In this document: positions 25,723 through 39,810 of the stretch, one piece after another
How positions within the stretch are numbered: position 1 is the first letter of the stretch
How the letters are laid out: each line of letters begins with the position of its first letter
Origin: Botryllus schlosseri
Lineage: Eukaryota
Reading direction: 5' to 3'
NCBI GenBank assembly: GCA_051294905.1
Contig: CM119371.1
Span: forward strand, 23,314,001-23,378,000
DNA: 64,000 nucleotides
Made by a program: the position numbers and the translations under genes
Notes under the pieces: model-generated
The model's database searches: none
Seen by the model: the letters and a program-made list of their open reading frames with translations, nothing else
Told to the model about the DNA's origin: nothing

Positions 25723-27530
25723 ACAGAAAAATGGTTATGTAGGCCTATATAACAGGGGAAATTGGATTTTAGTGATAATTTAAAAGTCACCGTGATTGAC
25801 GTTACTAATCCAGAAGCGAAACTGCCTCGTGATCTTCCTAATTTAGAAAATACAAATTAGGTTATCAACTATTTTGAAAATTTAGAGGGTTCGTGGACAC
25901 CCTGAAAATGTTTTGCGGACCCCTGTTTGAGAACCACTGATCTACTGCACTTGAATAGGCATCCTAGAGATGAAACCAGGACTTGGTGAATAACATTAGA
26001 TGTTTGATTACCATTGTTTCATATTAGGGGGCTGACTTCTGGATAATACAAAAACAAACTTTTAAATGTCACACACGCCAATCATTTCTGTGTATGCCTG
26101 AGCACTGGAATTATTTTCTGCCCGTAACCGTACCTCCAATATTGCGTTCCACCGAGAATGCTTTGCGGATGTTAATCAGGAAATGCCGCAGTAATTAGCT
26201 AAACATTTCCGCGACCCGCGGACTCAAGCGACTGAACCAATTGTTGCCGCACGAGACGATCCGCGCATTGTCGATTACTATTTGTAACCATCTATCTTCT
26301 ATCTTTTAATAACCCGTGAACATTTGATGCATAGGTACTGCCGTATTGCAGCGAAAAGCTACTTTTCGGTGTGTAGTTGACTAACGCAACGCACTGTCCA
26401 ATACACGTCGTTTGATTTTGTAAATGCAATGCCACTTGTCAAAAATTAATGAAACACCTGATTTTCTGTTTTACACATTCAGAATTCATTCGATCCGTTT
26501 GAACGGAAACCATCTATTTTCTATTAGACTTGATCGCTGCCAGACGAACTGGAAACGTATGCGCACCAATCCAGTTTCATTCCATTCAGTATTAAACGAA
26601 GAGCAGACATCCATTGATTAAGTAACGACCTGCGCTCAACGGTATCCTCCAAGCCGTATCACTTGAATATGTGAACTATTCTACGACTGAACTCGGCTGC
26701 ATTAAATAGATCGAAACTGTAGTGCAGTCAGGGTATTGTATCATAACATCAGTGGTTAAACGCGAAATCATAAAGGTTGAGAACCACTGCAGAAGACCAC
26801 CGTGAGAACCTGCATTAGTTGCTTTGAACAAGACTTTTAGGCGAGACGTTGCATTTATTTTTAACAATTACTTTAGTCATGGAACATGCTGAATTGCTAG
26901 TTTTTCAAAGGTTTGGGATCACATCGCCTTGCTAGTCCTCCTTCCTGATAGTTATTGCAAACAATGTTTGACATTATAACACCTGGCCCTTTTGACATGT
27001 GAGGATATGCTAAAATTTCTCTGGAGCAAGTTAACAGACGTATTAGTTAGATCAGTTGCGATCATATTGATTGTTGTATAAAATTTCAATGAAACGTAGT
27101 GTAAAAAATTTCACGAACTCGTTAAAAATTATCATTAATTACAGGTAAAAGTCAAGGTAACCGTAAAGTATTCATGCACTGAATCTGAAAAATAACTTTG
27201 AATCCAGGTTTTTGTGTCTGATTTAGGGATTTTCGCTCTACATTGTTCATGTAACGTTTGCCTGACACGACCAAAACAATGCGAAACATCATCAAAATCA
27301 AATCTAACAATTATACTTTCTTGTTACTAGGCGGCACAAAATGACCTATTTTGGGGTGCTCAAAATATGGTAAGCCCGGTTAACAGAAATTGGCAAAGAA
27401 AATTATTGATTTAGCTCGAATTGACGTGGTCCGCCCATATAGGGCTCAGATATACAATCAGTTTTAATACACGGCTGACTTATCGCTGGTATTTCAATTT
27501 CTGAGCAAATCACACTATAACACTATAAAC

Positions 27531-30113
27531 CAGGGGTCGGCAATTTTTTTGCTAGTCACGGGCCAAATTTCAGGTGCACAACATTTTGGCGGGCCGGAAT
27601 GTTTCTTAATACTATATTTACCGGTCACGTCGGTATATTACCCTACAAAGCTGCAATCTCTATCAGAAAAATCAGAAAAAGAGCAAAACACATGTATTTA
27701 CGCTTCAACAACGTAGGATAAATGTGACACTTGGCGCAGCTTGCTTAGTGAAAGGTTTTCAACTTCTGGTAACAAGTCAGATGAAGCTAGAATCAGACCA
27801 TATTCTGAATGGGCGTTGGAATACGTGATTTTAGCTTGGTCTTCGTGAATTTCATTGTTGAAAACTATTGTTCATACCCATTTTGATGACAAGATTATGA
27901 GTAGGCGATGTTTGTAATTTCAAGGAAAGTCGCTGGAAAGTGGCTATTTCATTTCTCAGTTCACGCGTCACTCATCTTTTCATCAATAATAATAATAATA
28001 ATTTCTCAGTTCATACACTCGTGCAAGCATCTCGACGTAACCCTTATTAGCACATGCGTTGACATTTTGTCAAGACAAAATCGATTGTTTATTTGACATG
28101 GCTTTCGTACCTTATGCACTAACTCAGCGATATTCAGTGACGATGGAGAACTTTTGAGAAGCTGTCTACTGTGGAAATTTCCAGATGGTAAATTGATTCC
28201 ACAATGAGATATTTGCGTTTTACCATTATCGGCACAACAGTTGACAAAATGTCAACAGTCAGAAACGATGGTAGTTTGAACTTTAAAGTCACTACGGAGT
28301 AAAAAGCCATGATCACAAGGTGACGACCAGGACCAAACAGAAAGTTGCATGTCCATTCAGTGAATCAATGTCTGAACAGGAGTTGTATTATTAGTAGAGT
28401 ATATATATGACTCCTAAGATTATATTTCAAAGCTGTTGAGCTCGTTATAAAAATCCTGTTTCCAGCAGGCTCAGAAGAGGAAATATATTGACGTAACAGC
28501 CACGAATTGATGCTGCTCCTGAACTTGGTGGAGAGGATGCTTTCAAATATTTTACCGGCCTGAAATTTTCCTGCCGATATAGTACGTGAAACGAACAGAA
28601 AAGCAAATAACGTCAGACACGAATGTAAACTGATGCCTAATTCGGTACACACAAACTTCACAATTGAAGAAGTTTAGGCAAGTCTTGTAATCATGAAACG
28701 TGCTGGCTTGGGAACAAATTACTTCACTGATTTACATGACGGTGGGCCCATTTATGGAATGGCTATTCCACTAAATCGATTCAAATTTCTGCTACGATGC
28801 ATGCGTTTGAAAATCCATCGCAATCGACCAGAAAGACAACAAATGGCAGGCAAGCAGCTGTTATCCGATAGGTATGGGAAGCTTCCAACAATGATATTCG
28901 CAATGGCTACATCCTTAACTGTCGATGAACAGTTGGTCGGATATCGAGGCCCAACCTACCTTTCAACTTGCCCAGCCGTATGTCAACAGAAGAAAATTGT
29001 CAGGAGAAAGTAAACTTCTTGCCGAAAAGTGGGTGTTAATTGATGCTGCTACTTCGAGCAATTTCAATCGCACAGTTCATGGGATCAAACCAGGAAGATG
29101 CTACAGATGTGCAAAGCATGTACCCGTTTTGCCAGTGAAACTAGCAACCGACGGGTTTGCCCAAGACACAGAAAACTTCAGAAGAACGCATATTGCTTGG
29201 AATGCCGAACAGCTTCTTGTAGTGGAAGTGCTCTTTGTTTCGTTGTTCCTGTGTTTGAAATATACGTGGCAAAGCAATGCTTATTGGGGTAGGCCTATCT
29301 TTACTATTGCTTTTGGGTCTGCATTCATTACAGTGGAACATATTGACTCGAAGGCTTTTCGTGTGCGCCTTGTCAGGAGTTAGCGACACAAGAAGAGCTT
29401 ACTGAAAGATAGACAAACGAAAACCAAATTGGCAAAATTTGACGTTACAATGCAATAATCAAAAGGAACGCTAACAGCTGTACCGGTACTCCGGTAGTCA
29501 TAACAAAGTGACAAGAGAAAATCGAATCATACAAAACACAGGCAATTAGCGGTATTTTATTTAATATTTTAGGATTGCATAGATACTCTTTGTGCTTGTT
29601 ATTGTGTCGTTAACTCTTTGATGGGGGCACACGGGGGATCTTTGAGGTGATGGATTCTGCTGCGGTGAATGTGGTTCTGAGAGCAATATTCAAGTTCAGT
29701 GCCGCCAGTAACATATTTGAGGTATCTCTGCATTTCTCTGAGAGCTATTAAGGTGATTAACATTTAAAAAGTGGTGTCCTGCGACTCACGCAGCCTGATT
29801 CTAAAATCGGAATATGACGAACCCGGACCAGCATGGGGCTCGTTCACTTTCGGACCAAAAACCCTCTTTCTCCGTAAGGCTGTACTGAGTTTGGTCCGAA
29901 AGTGAACGAGCCCCGTAGTTGCGTGAATTACATGTTCCGGAATCATCATCCGTAAGTGGAAGAAAACGTTATAAATTTTGACATTTTTCGTTACAGTGCT
30001 GCACTGCAGATTGGAACTCATTACGAAACGGCGGGCCGTATTCTTGTGGTAACTAATTATTTCGTCGCGGGCCGGACGATTTCGCTTGGCGGGCCGTAGG
30101 TTGCCGACCCTTG
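27531..30113. mobile_element. hAT (Charlie/SPIN-like) element containing a piggyBac remnant
   Basis: Ends CAGGGGTCGGCAA / TTGCCGACCCTTG; perfect TSD CTATAAAC; minus-strand remnant LASSDLLPEVENLSLSKLRQVSH at ~27720-27800. Confidence 0.85.
28500..29230 (+). pseudogene. piggyBac transposase remnant
   Basis: PIYGMAIPLNRFKFLLRCMR...LTVDEQLVGYRG (piggyBac first catalytic Asp region) and a C-terminal Cys-rich RCYRC...CPRH...CLEC segment. Confidence 0.85.
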
Positions 30114-30124
30114 CTATAAACATT

Positions 30125-30700
30125 CGCGTTGGCACCATACTGTACTGCGTGTGTGATGAGCGTTGCGCAATGAATTTATGCATTTCCTCTAGGACGTCGA
30201 ACTATATCCCATCGTTTCCTACCTTGGACAATAAATACTACTCTGCGTCGAATTAAAAATACACTCTTACCGCCTGCCAAACCAGAGACATAGCTCCGTG
30301 GGAATTAATCATGCCTAGTAAGTTATTGCTCTACTATTGCGCCAGATGTGCACATATTGGGGATATAATCACTGTTGGCAAAGCGATATTCGGCGGAATT
30401 ACAAATAACAGTTCTTCTGAAGGTTTGAAGTTGGTAAATGCATGATGCGATTGTTTTAATTAGAAATTTCTGGATGGTATATCTTTTATGGGGTGCCATG
30501 TATTATATGTTGACGATCTGTGAAAATTTGCAGTTCGAATAAAGTTGTCCAGTCACCGTTTCGGAAAGATGCTTGCAATCTCAATGATCACGGCATTGAC
30601 TGCAGTTTACGAATGTGAGTCTTGGCAGCTATAGATATATTATTGATTTTATAGTAAACAGTTCTACATTATAAATCGTCAAAATCTATTCAGCATTGAC
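30125..30700 (-). pseudogene. Possible XK-related pseudogene
   Basis: Ordered minus-strand blocks LQASF..ELQIFT, IMHLP, RVYF, FIAQRSS parallel LQTIF..LHLYT, LHLP, KVYF, WFQKRSS; frameshifted. Confidence 0.35.
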
Positions 30701-32559
30701 AAAATCAAAGAATGAAGGATTAATTTCACAACAGGCAAATCTTAATTGCTTATTTATACATAAATTTACTGAGCCTGAGCCGGTTAATTGGCAATACAGT
30801 TCCATACCACAAGAATTGCGGTAATAACATGCATTAGTTCGTAGCGTTATGAATAATTACCACAAAGCCAAATTTGATGACGGTTCATTTCATCAGCAAA
30901 TTGTGACTTCGAATTTTCTCTTTATGGTCATAATATTTTGACGTTTAGGGGACAACCTATACCTCCCACGCCCACGAAAAGGACCGAATCAAATCATCGC
31001 ATATTTCATGCGATCTGTGAGTATCATTTACTCCGATTTTGGTGTCAGTAATCCATAGCTCATAACCAGTTTATTTCGTTTGTAATTTTATTGTACGACA
31101 TGCTAATCAATTATATCGCTACATTATCCCGGTAAAGCAGGGGCGAGCAACTTCTCCTGTAAGCGGACCGGATATGGGAAAATGAGGTAGGCCTACTTGG
31201 CGGGCCAGATTCCTAAATCGATACAGTAATCGTGTATTTATTCATCTGTACAAGTTTTAGCATAGACCTATACAATATTTTATACACCTATAAAATCACA
31301 TAAAATGTGGATTTTAAGTTGAAAGCAGAGAGGCCCAAAACAGCATTCAGTGAATTTATTAACGTTATATACATCAATAGCTGTTGAAGTCAATGATATC
31401 TGTAATCGATCAGCGTTGTAGACAAGTTCTCTGAACTCTGCTGGCATTTTGGATGTAGAAACCCTTGATAAAGACTGCACGTGAGCATCAGTTAGATTGC
31501 AACTCAGCTTTGCCTGTTCATTTTCATAGTCGCAAATGTTTGCTCGCAATGTGCTTGGACCAGAACAGATCAAATAGTTTCATGGACACCTTTCTCCGAT
31601 CTCAGGCCGCATTATTGTGTATGACCGGAAACTCTCTGCGGGCCGTTTAAAATCCCTTCGTGGGCCGTATCCAGACCGTGGCCCTTGTATTGACCTCCCC
31701 TAGGGTAAGGTATATTGAATGTTTAATAATGGCTTCACAGACATACGTTTTTTTACTTCGGAAACTATGATAAGTAGAGCGATTTTTTGACCTAAAAACG
31801 GAAGATTTTTACCTGAAAAATCAAAATTCTGACATTTTTTTACCACATTTGACCTAACTTATGCAAATTAGGTGTTTTCCCACATAATGTTAGAATTGTA
31901 CTACTTATCTTCATTTTTGGTTGGAACTGTCTGTCCTTACGAAGCGTTTTTTTCTGAAAAAAATTGCCTCAAAAACTGTTAAATTTTTACATGAGAAAAC
32001 TTTATTTTAACAAAATGTAGCCCCATGATGAAAATGTGAAATGATAAGCTCACCGACAGTGCAAAATCTACGATACCAACGAAATGCAGGTTGCAAAAAA
32101 GTTTCAATTTTGTAAACAATTTTGATATTTTTTAACCTAACGCTACAGTTTTGACCGAATTTTGACTTTTTTTAAAATGTCAAAAAAATCGCCCCAATGA
32201 TAAGATTACTGGATGGTTGCCTAAGGAAAATCTGAACAAACAGAATATAGACACAACAATCCTGTTTTCACACCACGAAAAACGTGGAGACCATATGAAG
32301 TTGACACGACGGGCACTGCAAATTCTGATGTTGTTCCATTGAACTTTTGATTTAGACACTTTCCATTACACCATTACGCCCTCTTCTACGAATGCATTTT
32401 TCTTCACGGACCCCGTACGGCCCCCTGAGCCCAGTTCCCCCATATCGCTCTCTGACCGTTCCCGCCACCTTATCAATTCACAACGCCGTCTGCGGGGCGC
32501 TGGAACAAAGTTTAAGAACAACGTTTCTAATCGAATGCATTAGTAGCTGGAGAGAAATG

Positions 32560-33420
32560 ATATAACCGAGACAAGCAAACAGCGAGCGTTAGCCGAGTGC
32601 AAATGATGTTGAAGCAGTGGCCTGATAGAGACAGATTGAAGTATGAACATTTACAATTGTACGTTGTCATAACGCGAGTGTATCAAGAAATAGAGGGGAA
32701 AATAGGAATGATATATTTACTGCAAGCACGATTCTCAAACCAATAAGTCTGTCTGTTGCGTCGTTTTAATTTGCCACAGTTCATACAATCATACAAGAAG
32801 GATCGCGTAAACTTCCAGTAATCTAGAAGAATAAAATGGGTTCCTGGCAAAATTTTCTGCGTGACCCTGGTTTCAAGTTTTCTTATTGGGGGGATGAGTC
32901 ACGTGATGAAACATCAAATAATTGATATGTAACTCACTGAGTTTGCGTTATTTTTCAAAACTTCGAATGAAATGGTTCCATATTATCGGCTCAATAATGT
33001 AATCTCATTATCCTGCGTTTACAGGGTTGAGACGTATTGCTCGAAGAAGGCGGATAACTACTTCTCGGTATGATACTGTGGAATTTCCGTTCTTATTGAA
33101 ATGCAATAAAATGATTTAAGGGGAAATCGACTCCAGTAAATTCCAGGCCTGCACCGACTCAATCCAGAATCAGTCTTACATGAACGAAATTGTTTCGTGA
33201 CGCGACCACGTGACTCGAGTAGTTTTCTGGAACATGGAATGTGACTCGAACCCGCACTAGCTTCTTTTGGATATACTAGACTTATGCTCAAATACTTGTC
33301 ATGACCCCAAGTAGTCGTATGACTCAACACGTTGTATATGAGCTTATTCATCACTTGCTAGCTTTCCGGCTTGTGAAAAGGCACGAGACTGAAGGAAATG
33401 GAAAAGTCCTTTATCACGGA
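32560..33420 (-). pseudogene. XK-related pseudogene
   Basis: Ordered blocks RKLLES, ISIRTEIP, ITLLSR, ENFARNPFYSSRLLEVYAIL parallel KLLQ, IFIAVQIP, FLCLSR, DSFARW..SSIRLL / LLTVYSIL. Confidence 0.55.
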
Positions 33421-34870
33421 CCATAACATGCTTGTCAAGTGACTCCAAACCGAAAACAAAGAATCAAAGAACACTTAGAAAACAAAGAACCAAGTATTTG
33501 CCTTCAGTCACCGTAATTCAATGAAGCCACGCAACTAATGTGGGATTGCGCAGACTGTGGCCGCGGGTCACGTTATCGTGTAAGACCGAAAACTGTCCAC
33601 AGGAGTAGTGATACCACCAGTTTTATAGACCGGCCAATCAGAGAACGCCGCGTCATCCTAATCGCCACGCTCATTTTCATGCCCTAAGGCCTAAGGGTAC
33701 ATTTTGTATAAGCGATTGAATTCAGAGACTTTTGATAATAACTTTATTTCGAAAGAAAAATAACATTCAGATTATTCATAAATTTCGAAGATGATGCTTT
33801 CCTCAGATATTCTACTATGTGTATTTAGGACTAATGCGACTTGATAATATTAATCCGTAGTAACGTAGTCACAATGATTTTGTGGAATTCTCCGAATGCA
33901 ACTTCCCAATTATCATAACCTTTGTTTGATATGAACTAACTATTGCGCAAAACTTGACATACCAGGCTGTTGTGTGAATTTCAATACCGATTCTTCATGT
34001 GTATTTAGCACTATCTATTGAAAATAGCTTGCTTACGAGAAATAAATAACATTCAATATACGTTAGATGATTAATTTTCGAAACTTGATAATAACTTGCT
34101 TTCTGGATATAAATAACATTCAGATTATACATAAATTTCGAAAACTATGGTGCCTATGCAAGACTATATTTGCCAGATATTCTTTTATTATGTGTATTTA
34201 GGACTTTGTATCTTCGCAGATAATATGAGCTCTCAGATAACACTCATCAACGTTGAAGTAGGCACGGTTTTTATGATGATATATCACAGTGATTGGGCAG
34301 CAATATCATCACTAATTAATTAATATAAAATGCAATTTTGAATGCAGACAGATCGCGGTTTCGATTTCCGAGGTCTCCACATTTTAAGACTTATTACGAA
34401 CTCGCAGTACAACTGAATGGGACTTCATTCTGCCTGCATAATTTTTGCATGTCGAGTATAAGGGTAATTAAATCAGTACTAAAATGCCAACGGACTAGTC
34501 GCAGGCGTGCGATTTTCGGCGCTATAATTGAACAAACACTTTCGCTGCAAGTACGCGATCCCAAACGTTATAACGATGGTGACAAATTAGCCGCATGAAA
34601 GCGAGTCTAATGAATATAACGACAGGCAACAAGTTAGTTGAAAAGTAAAACTAATCTAAAAATTCATCAAGTTCCGATACACTATATTTTAATTTAAAAA
34701 AATTATTAATCCACATGAGTCGAGATGTCGTTAAGTAAATCATTTTTAGGTATCAATCATTACGTCGCTTCCGTAAACCAACAAAATACAACTGAGGTCC
34801 TATTCCATTATTCCATGCAACACTATGTTGGCGACCGGCCTGAATTGAACACACTAATTTGCACGCGTCC

Positions 34871-35605
34871 AGCTTCAAGCACAATTAGATCTGTGCGATG
34901 AATTTTCTCGGTGGTCTGGTATGAAGTTCAAACCCGCCAAGTGTCGTGTTCTTGCCTTGGGGTTCAAGGGAAGCCGATCGATCGTGGACTCGGCCCCGTT
35001 CCGCCTTGATGGTGGCGAGGTCCGGGTCCTCGATCGTGACTCTTTCTGGCGATACCTGGGCAAGAACATGGGGTACCAGGCAACCGAGAAAGGTGGAAAG
35101 GCCCTTGAAACTTTCGAGGCCTATTGTGACAGGCTTTTTCTGTCACATCTTACCTCCTCTCAGAAGCTGCTCGCACTGAAGAGAAGAGGTTCGTTATTCC
35201 AAGAATCCTTTTTCAGTTGAGAATCCGCAAGTTTTTCCGTAGCGATCTGCGTCGCCTGGATGCGCGTATCCGCACGTTGGTGAAGGCGGAATTCCGCCTC
35301 CCTAACAGAGCGTGTCAGCCCTTCTTTCACGCTGGGCTGACGAGTGGTGGTCTGGGAATCCCCAACCTCTGCTGCGAAGCAGACGTGTTGAGGCTTTCCC
35401 AGGCCGTCAAGATGGTCAATTCCACTGACCCCTCTGTGCGGGCGGTTGCGCGTGGAAGGTTGGCGCTGGTCGTCCGGAGAACTTGCCGAGTCCCAGAGGC
35501 GTCGGAGACCTTGACAGTCGAGTTTTTAAACTGCGTGAGTCTAACAGGGCACGACTCCAGGGCGTACGGAGACGCCTACGGGCTTTGGACCGAGGTTAAC
35601 CCGAG
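34871..35605 (+). mobile_element. R2/NeSL-like non-LTR retrotransposon fragment (RT C-terminus and thumb)
   Basis: LQAQLD..EFSRWSGMKFKPAKC...WRYLG...LTSSQKLLALK...LDARIR..VK..LP...GGLGIP; one frameshift near 35190; conspicuously GC-rich relative to flanks. Confidence 0.85.
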
Positions 35606-35934
35606 GCAACGTTAAGAACCACTGACGTAAACAATGCTATTATGTCTTCGAATTATTCCAGTGCCCATCTCCTACCCTACCGCTTGTAGGCAATTCGACG
35701 TGCAATGTTAGTTCAAAAATGCAGGGCCTCGTATTGTTCGCTGGAAACGCAACATCGTGATACCAAATGCTCACTTACAAATTGCATACAAGTGTTAGGT
35801 ATAGAATCGTAATTTCAGAAGGACTGGGTTTCGATTTCGTACCGTAACCATCCTCTGTGAACGCCACTACACGCAAGGGGTGTTCAAAAAAGAATTTATT
35901 TCTCAAATTAAATAGTATATTCATATTGAAATGA

Positions 35935-35968
35935 ACCCGAATATTTTCGGCTGACACTCGTCAGGGGT
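35935..35968 (-). ncRNA. Minimal type I hammerhead ribozyme motif
   Basis: ACCC-CUGACGA-GUGUCAGCC-GAAA-AUAU-UC-GGGU: intact core, 4-bp stem I, 1-bp stem II, palindromic loop 3. Confidence 0.75.
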
Positions 35969-36384
35969 AATCGTCAGCAACTAGTAGAGAATTGGAAAGA
36001 ACATTGTATATCAACAATCGTATCACAAAATATGACGTCACCAGCATGAAATTTCGAATGAGAGAACGTTCAATGTACAAAGGCCATTAATTCTGCCATC
36101 GGCAAACATCTGTTGGATAATCCGATTTGTGCGAATAATTATCGAGACGACCGATTTCGAATCGTAGGTCGAGGTCGTTCACAATTACATTTGTGTGCCT
36201 TGGAATCAACTTTTATCAAAATACACCAACCAAAACTCTGTCAACAAAAGGAGTTCGTGTATCACCTAAAAATAGTACATTGAACGTTCTCTCATTCGAA
36301 ATTTCATGCTGGTGACGTCATATTTTGTGATACGATTGTTGATATACAATGTTCTTTCCAATTCTCTACTAGTTGCTGACGATT

Positions 36385-36418
36385 ACCCCTGACGACTGTC
36401 AGCCGAAAATATTCGGGT
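36385..36418 (+). ncRNA. Minimal type I hammerhead motif (stem II G>C variant)
   Basis: ACCC-CTGACGA-CTGTCAGCC-GAAA-ATAT-TC-GGGT. Confidence 0.6.
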
Positions 36419-37660
36419 TCATTTCAATATGAATATACTATATAATTGTATATTGAAGTTCTGTACCTCCAAGAAGCTCTTCAAATTTCTCAAATTGTAC
36501 TGGCTACTTGATTAAAGTGTTAGGTTAACTAATTTGCCTGAATTCCAACCAGAAGTCGCATTGCTACAAGAGATGAAAGTGATTTATTTATAATATAAAA
36601 AATTTGAAAATTTAAAAATTTAAAAATGTTCTCTTCACCCGATGAAATGGTTAGATTGTCTATTGAAACGATGCTCATAAATTTTGGCACAATTCCAACC
36701 TGTGGAAGCGGAGTTATTGTAGTTGAAAAAATTGGATTTGAATAAAATAGTATTTACTGTGGCAAATTCCCTAATTACACCATGTAACAAAAATTTAATT
36801 GAGCCGATTGTTTTATATTTCGTATACCATATTCATTGATAAAACATGTTTCCGGCATTTTTGTTGCAAGTGTCGTTTAAAATTGTCATTTTGAGCTTTC
36901 TAAACTTCCCGCACCATGTATTTAAGCCCCTTTATTGAATTTCCCATTGACTGTGACGTCACATTGATCCATCATTCAATTCATAATAGTTGGTTATTAG
37001 TAACAATCATCTTCTCAGTCTCAGTTAGTCAGTATTAGCTACAGCAAGTAATCTCAAATTCATTTTTGCTTTGTTCTGTTAATGCATTGATTGTGGATCT
37101 GGTTAGTATCATCTCATCAATAATGTCAACATCACAAATGTAATCTGCCTGCTAGCTGTTTGTGCTATATATGTGGTCTGTACATCAGTTTGAAACAAGT
37201 TAAGTGCAAAATATAGAAATAAGTAAGGTTTTTTATACTAATTAACTTTTCTTTGGCATGAAAATTGGAGACTAAGATAAAAACTGCGCATTTCATGTAT
37301 TCTGCGAAACGTGGCGATAAAATATGGATGGATGGCTAAGGGAAGATCGGCATTCAATGTCATTTGCTACTCGAAACTTTATAGATGACTGTTATATCTG
37401 TATGGGTGACATTCCAAGTTTCAGAATAACTGTGACAGGTTATCCTTGCTAATGTAGGAATGTTGGCCATCCTTTTTAAAGCATTTGACAATAAAATTAC
37501 TGCGAGTGAAGCAGAAGCATTAAAGGCATTTCGTGATGTAGTTGAAAATTTTCTTGGAAATAAACGAAACAATAAATGTGAACCTATGGTAAACAATACG
37601 ATCGAAACATATGAAAAAATGAAGTTGGGCATTACCTGCACTTTCACCGTGATTTTATTA

Positions 37661-39810
37661 CCGTAATTTTCCAAGTATAGTACGCCCCCATGTATAATAC
37701 GCACCCTTAAAATAGCAGGTAATTTCTGTAAAAAAGCCTGTACCCGTGTATAGTACGCACCCTGCATTCGCAGTAGGCTACATGAATAGCTGTGTTTTAA
37801 TATATGATGTTGTCTGTTTTGCGATGTCACTGTTCAACAATCATGACATAACCATCGCTAATCATAATACTATAAGTGTATTGTCTCTGAACGAGAGTAG
37901 ATAGTAGCCAAAGCCTGCGAGGCTGGCGACGCGACAGTTTTCAGGCTAGCGACACACGACATCTTGCGCACGAGGCCTATTACAATTACAGATGTGATTG
38001 CTCTAGCCAACGGTTATGTCGGGCGCTCCAGTGCTGTTGGAGATGCGACTGATTACGCAAGTGATTATATCTTGTGCACATGGCCTCTTGCGTATGCGAT
38101 TGTCGACTTGTCGTAGACGCGATGAAAAAGCCAGGATTGCCGCGCATGCTTGTAGCAATCAGCGACCTAATTTCGCTCGCGTACAAACGGCCAGCACCGT
38201 AACTGCCGCACCCCACACCCCCCCATTGGGGGGGCCCGAGCTCGAAGGGGGCCCCAAATTATTTCGTGAATTAGCATAAATTATAGAGTATTTTTTGAAA
38301 ATTTATGCAATTTTTTCCAAAATTTTTCGCGCCGCGCGCGATTTAAAGTTGCCAAATATCTTCATTATTTGGTACTCTTCCCACAAGAAAAAAACGCAAG
38401 ATTTAGAGACATGGACATATCGGCGTTGGCCATTAACACGCCACTACGCACCAAGATATATAATGATTTAGGACTTATTACACGCGACTCCAAAAAGTGT
38501 GCCAGAACGATCGGCAGCGCGAAAAGCTTGGCCGAAACGGACTGCCCTTACGCAGACCGAAAACGTCGTTATATATGCAAAATAATAGGTTTAATTGTCC
38601 ATAGGCGCCTAACTGACTGGCGCCATATGTTCCTGTTTTGGCAATCTGAACCTCAGAAGACAAATACCATCCAGCAGGAAAAAAATATATGCCAGTGAAG
38701 AAATACCAATTTGAAATCGTGTGCGTCTTTTAGTTTAGTTAGTACGTTTGAGCGATTCTATATTTTTGATATAGCAGACAGGAGGTCACGAAATAAAATC
38801 ATGTAACGAAGTCATACCAACGGGTCCGGCCGCCCGAAGATGTTTAATTATTATTTACGGGCCCTACAGTTTCCGGTGAATCTGATAACGTGAGCAGAGA
38901 AGACAAGATATTGATAGCAATATATGTGCAATTCCCGATCTTATTGGCCGATTGTATAATGAATTATCGACAATTTTCGCGCTTCGAGCTGGCTCACTAA
39001 ACAGTGCAGCCAATTTCTTGGCAAAAGCGAACACTGTGATGAGGGGTCTGTTTATCACCCGATGAGAACCCAATACCCAAGTTTTTGTGTGTGTGGGGGG
39101 GGGCGGTACTGACGAAGTGCTGTTTCGTTCCTGCTAACGGGTATACGCCCGAAGATGTCTAATTAATATTGGGCGGTCCTACGTTTTAAAACAGACCTCG
39201 CTCAGCTCTACCGGTAAATCCGATTACATGAGCAGAGAGAGGATCAAAATTGATAGCAATATCTATGTAATTCCCGATCATATTGTCCGATTACATTCTT
39301 GAATGACTGAAATTTTTCGCGCTTCGCGCGTCTAGGCGGAAAAAGCTGTCTCACCAAACGGACACTCAGTGGAGATGTCAAATAGCGTAAAAAAGCAGAT
39401 AGGCAAAGGGGGGTCTGGGGGGCGAAGGCCCCCAGAAATTAGGTTTATAACCCCATGGGCGGCCCAAGGCCAACGTTTTTTGGGGGGGCTGACGAAGTGC
39501 TATTACGGCCCTGCAAACGGTGAACTAACTCAGCAAGAGATGGCGTGCTTTGCAGACGATTCTAGTTAATTGGCAACACGCTTTCCGTTAATTGGCAACA
39601 CGCATCTCTATTTGGCAGCGCGTTATACTCTATAATACGAATTACGGGCACGATGGCTCGATTGGAAACAAACATGAAGAAAGGTGTTATTTCAAGTTTT
39701 TCATCGAGGGAGGTTTTTAAAATCGCATTGTTCCCATGTATAATACGCACCCCCCGATTTTAGGGCAAAAAATCGTGAAAATTTTGCGCATGATACATGG
39801 AAAATTACGG
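37661..39810. mobile_element. Tc1/mariner pogo-like non-autonomous element inserted in the Chapaev3-like transposase
   Basis: TIR CCGTAATTTTCCA / TGGAAAATTACGG, TA-flanked; TATAATACGCACCC subterminal repeats. Confidence 0.8.
38192..39513. mobile_element. hAT-type MITE, innermost of the nest
   Basis: Ends CAGCACCGTAA / TTACGGCCCTG; TSD CAAACGGC/CAAACGGT. Confidence 0.75.

Larger units (their letters stand above)
24376..25939. mobile_element. hAT (Charlie-like) element carrying a tandem triplication and a Penelope fragment
   Basis: Ends TAGTGGTTCTCAAC / GTTTGAGAACCACTG; TSD GTCTACTG/ATCTACTG. Confidence 0.8.
35910..36484. mobile_element. Penelope-like insertion with inverted terminal segment
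   Basis: 35910-36080 is the reverse complement of ~36275-36445; the + arm encodes AINSAIGKHLL...HLKIVH*; flanked by a 12-bp direct repeat ATTTCTCAAATT (35898-35909, 36485-36496). Confidence 0.9.
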
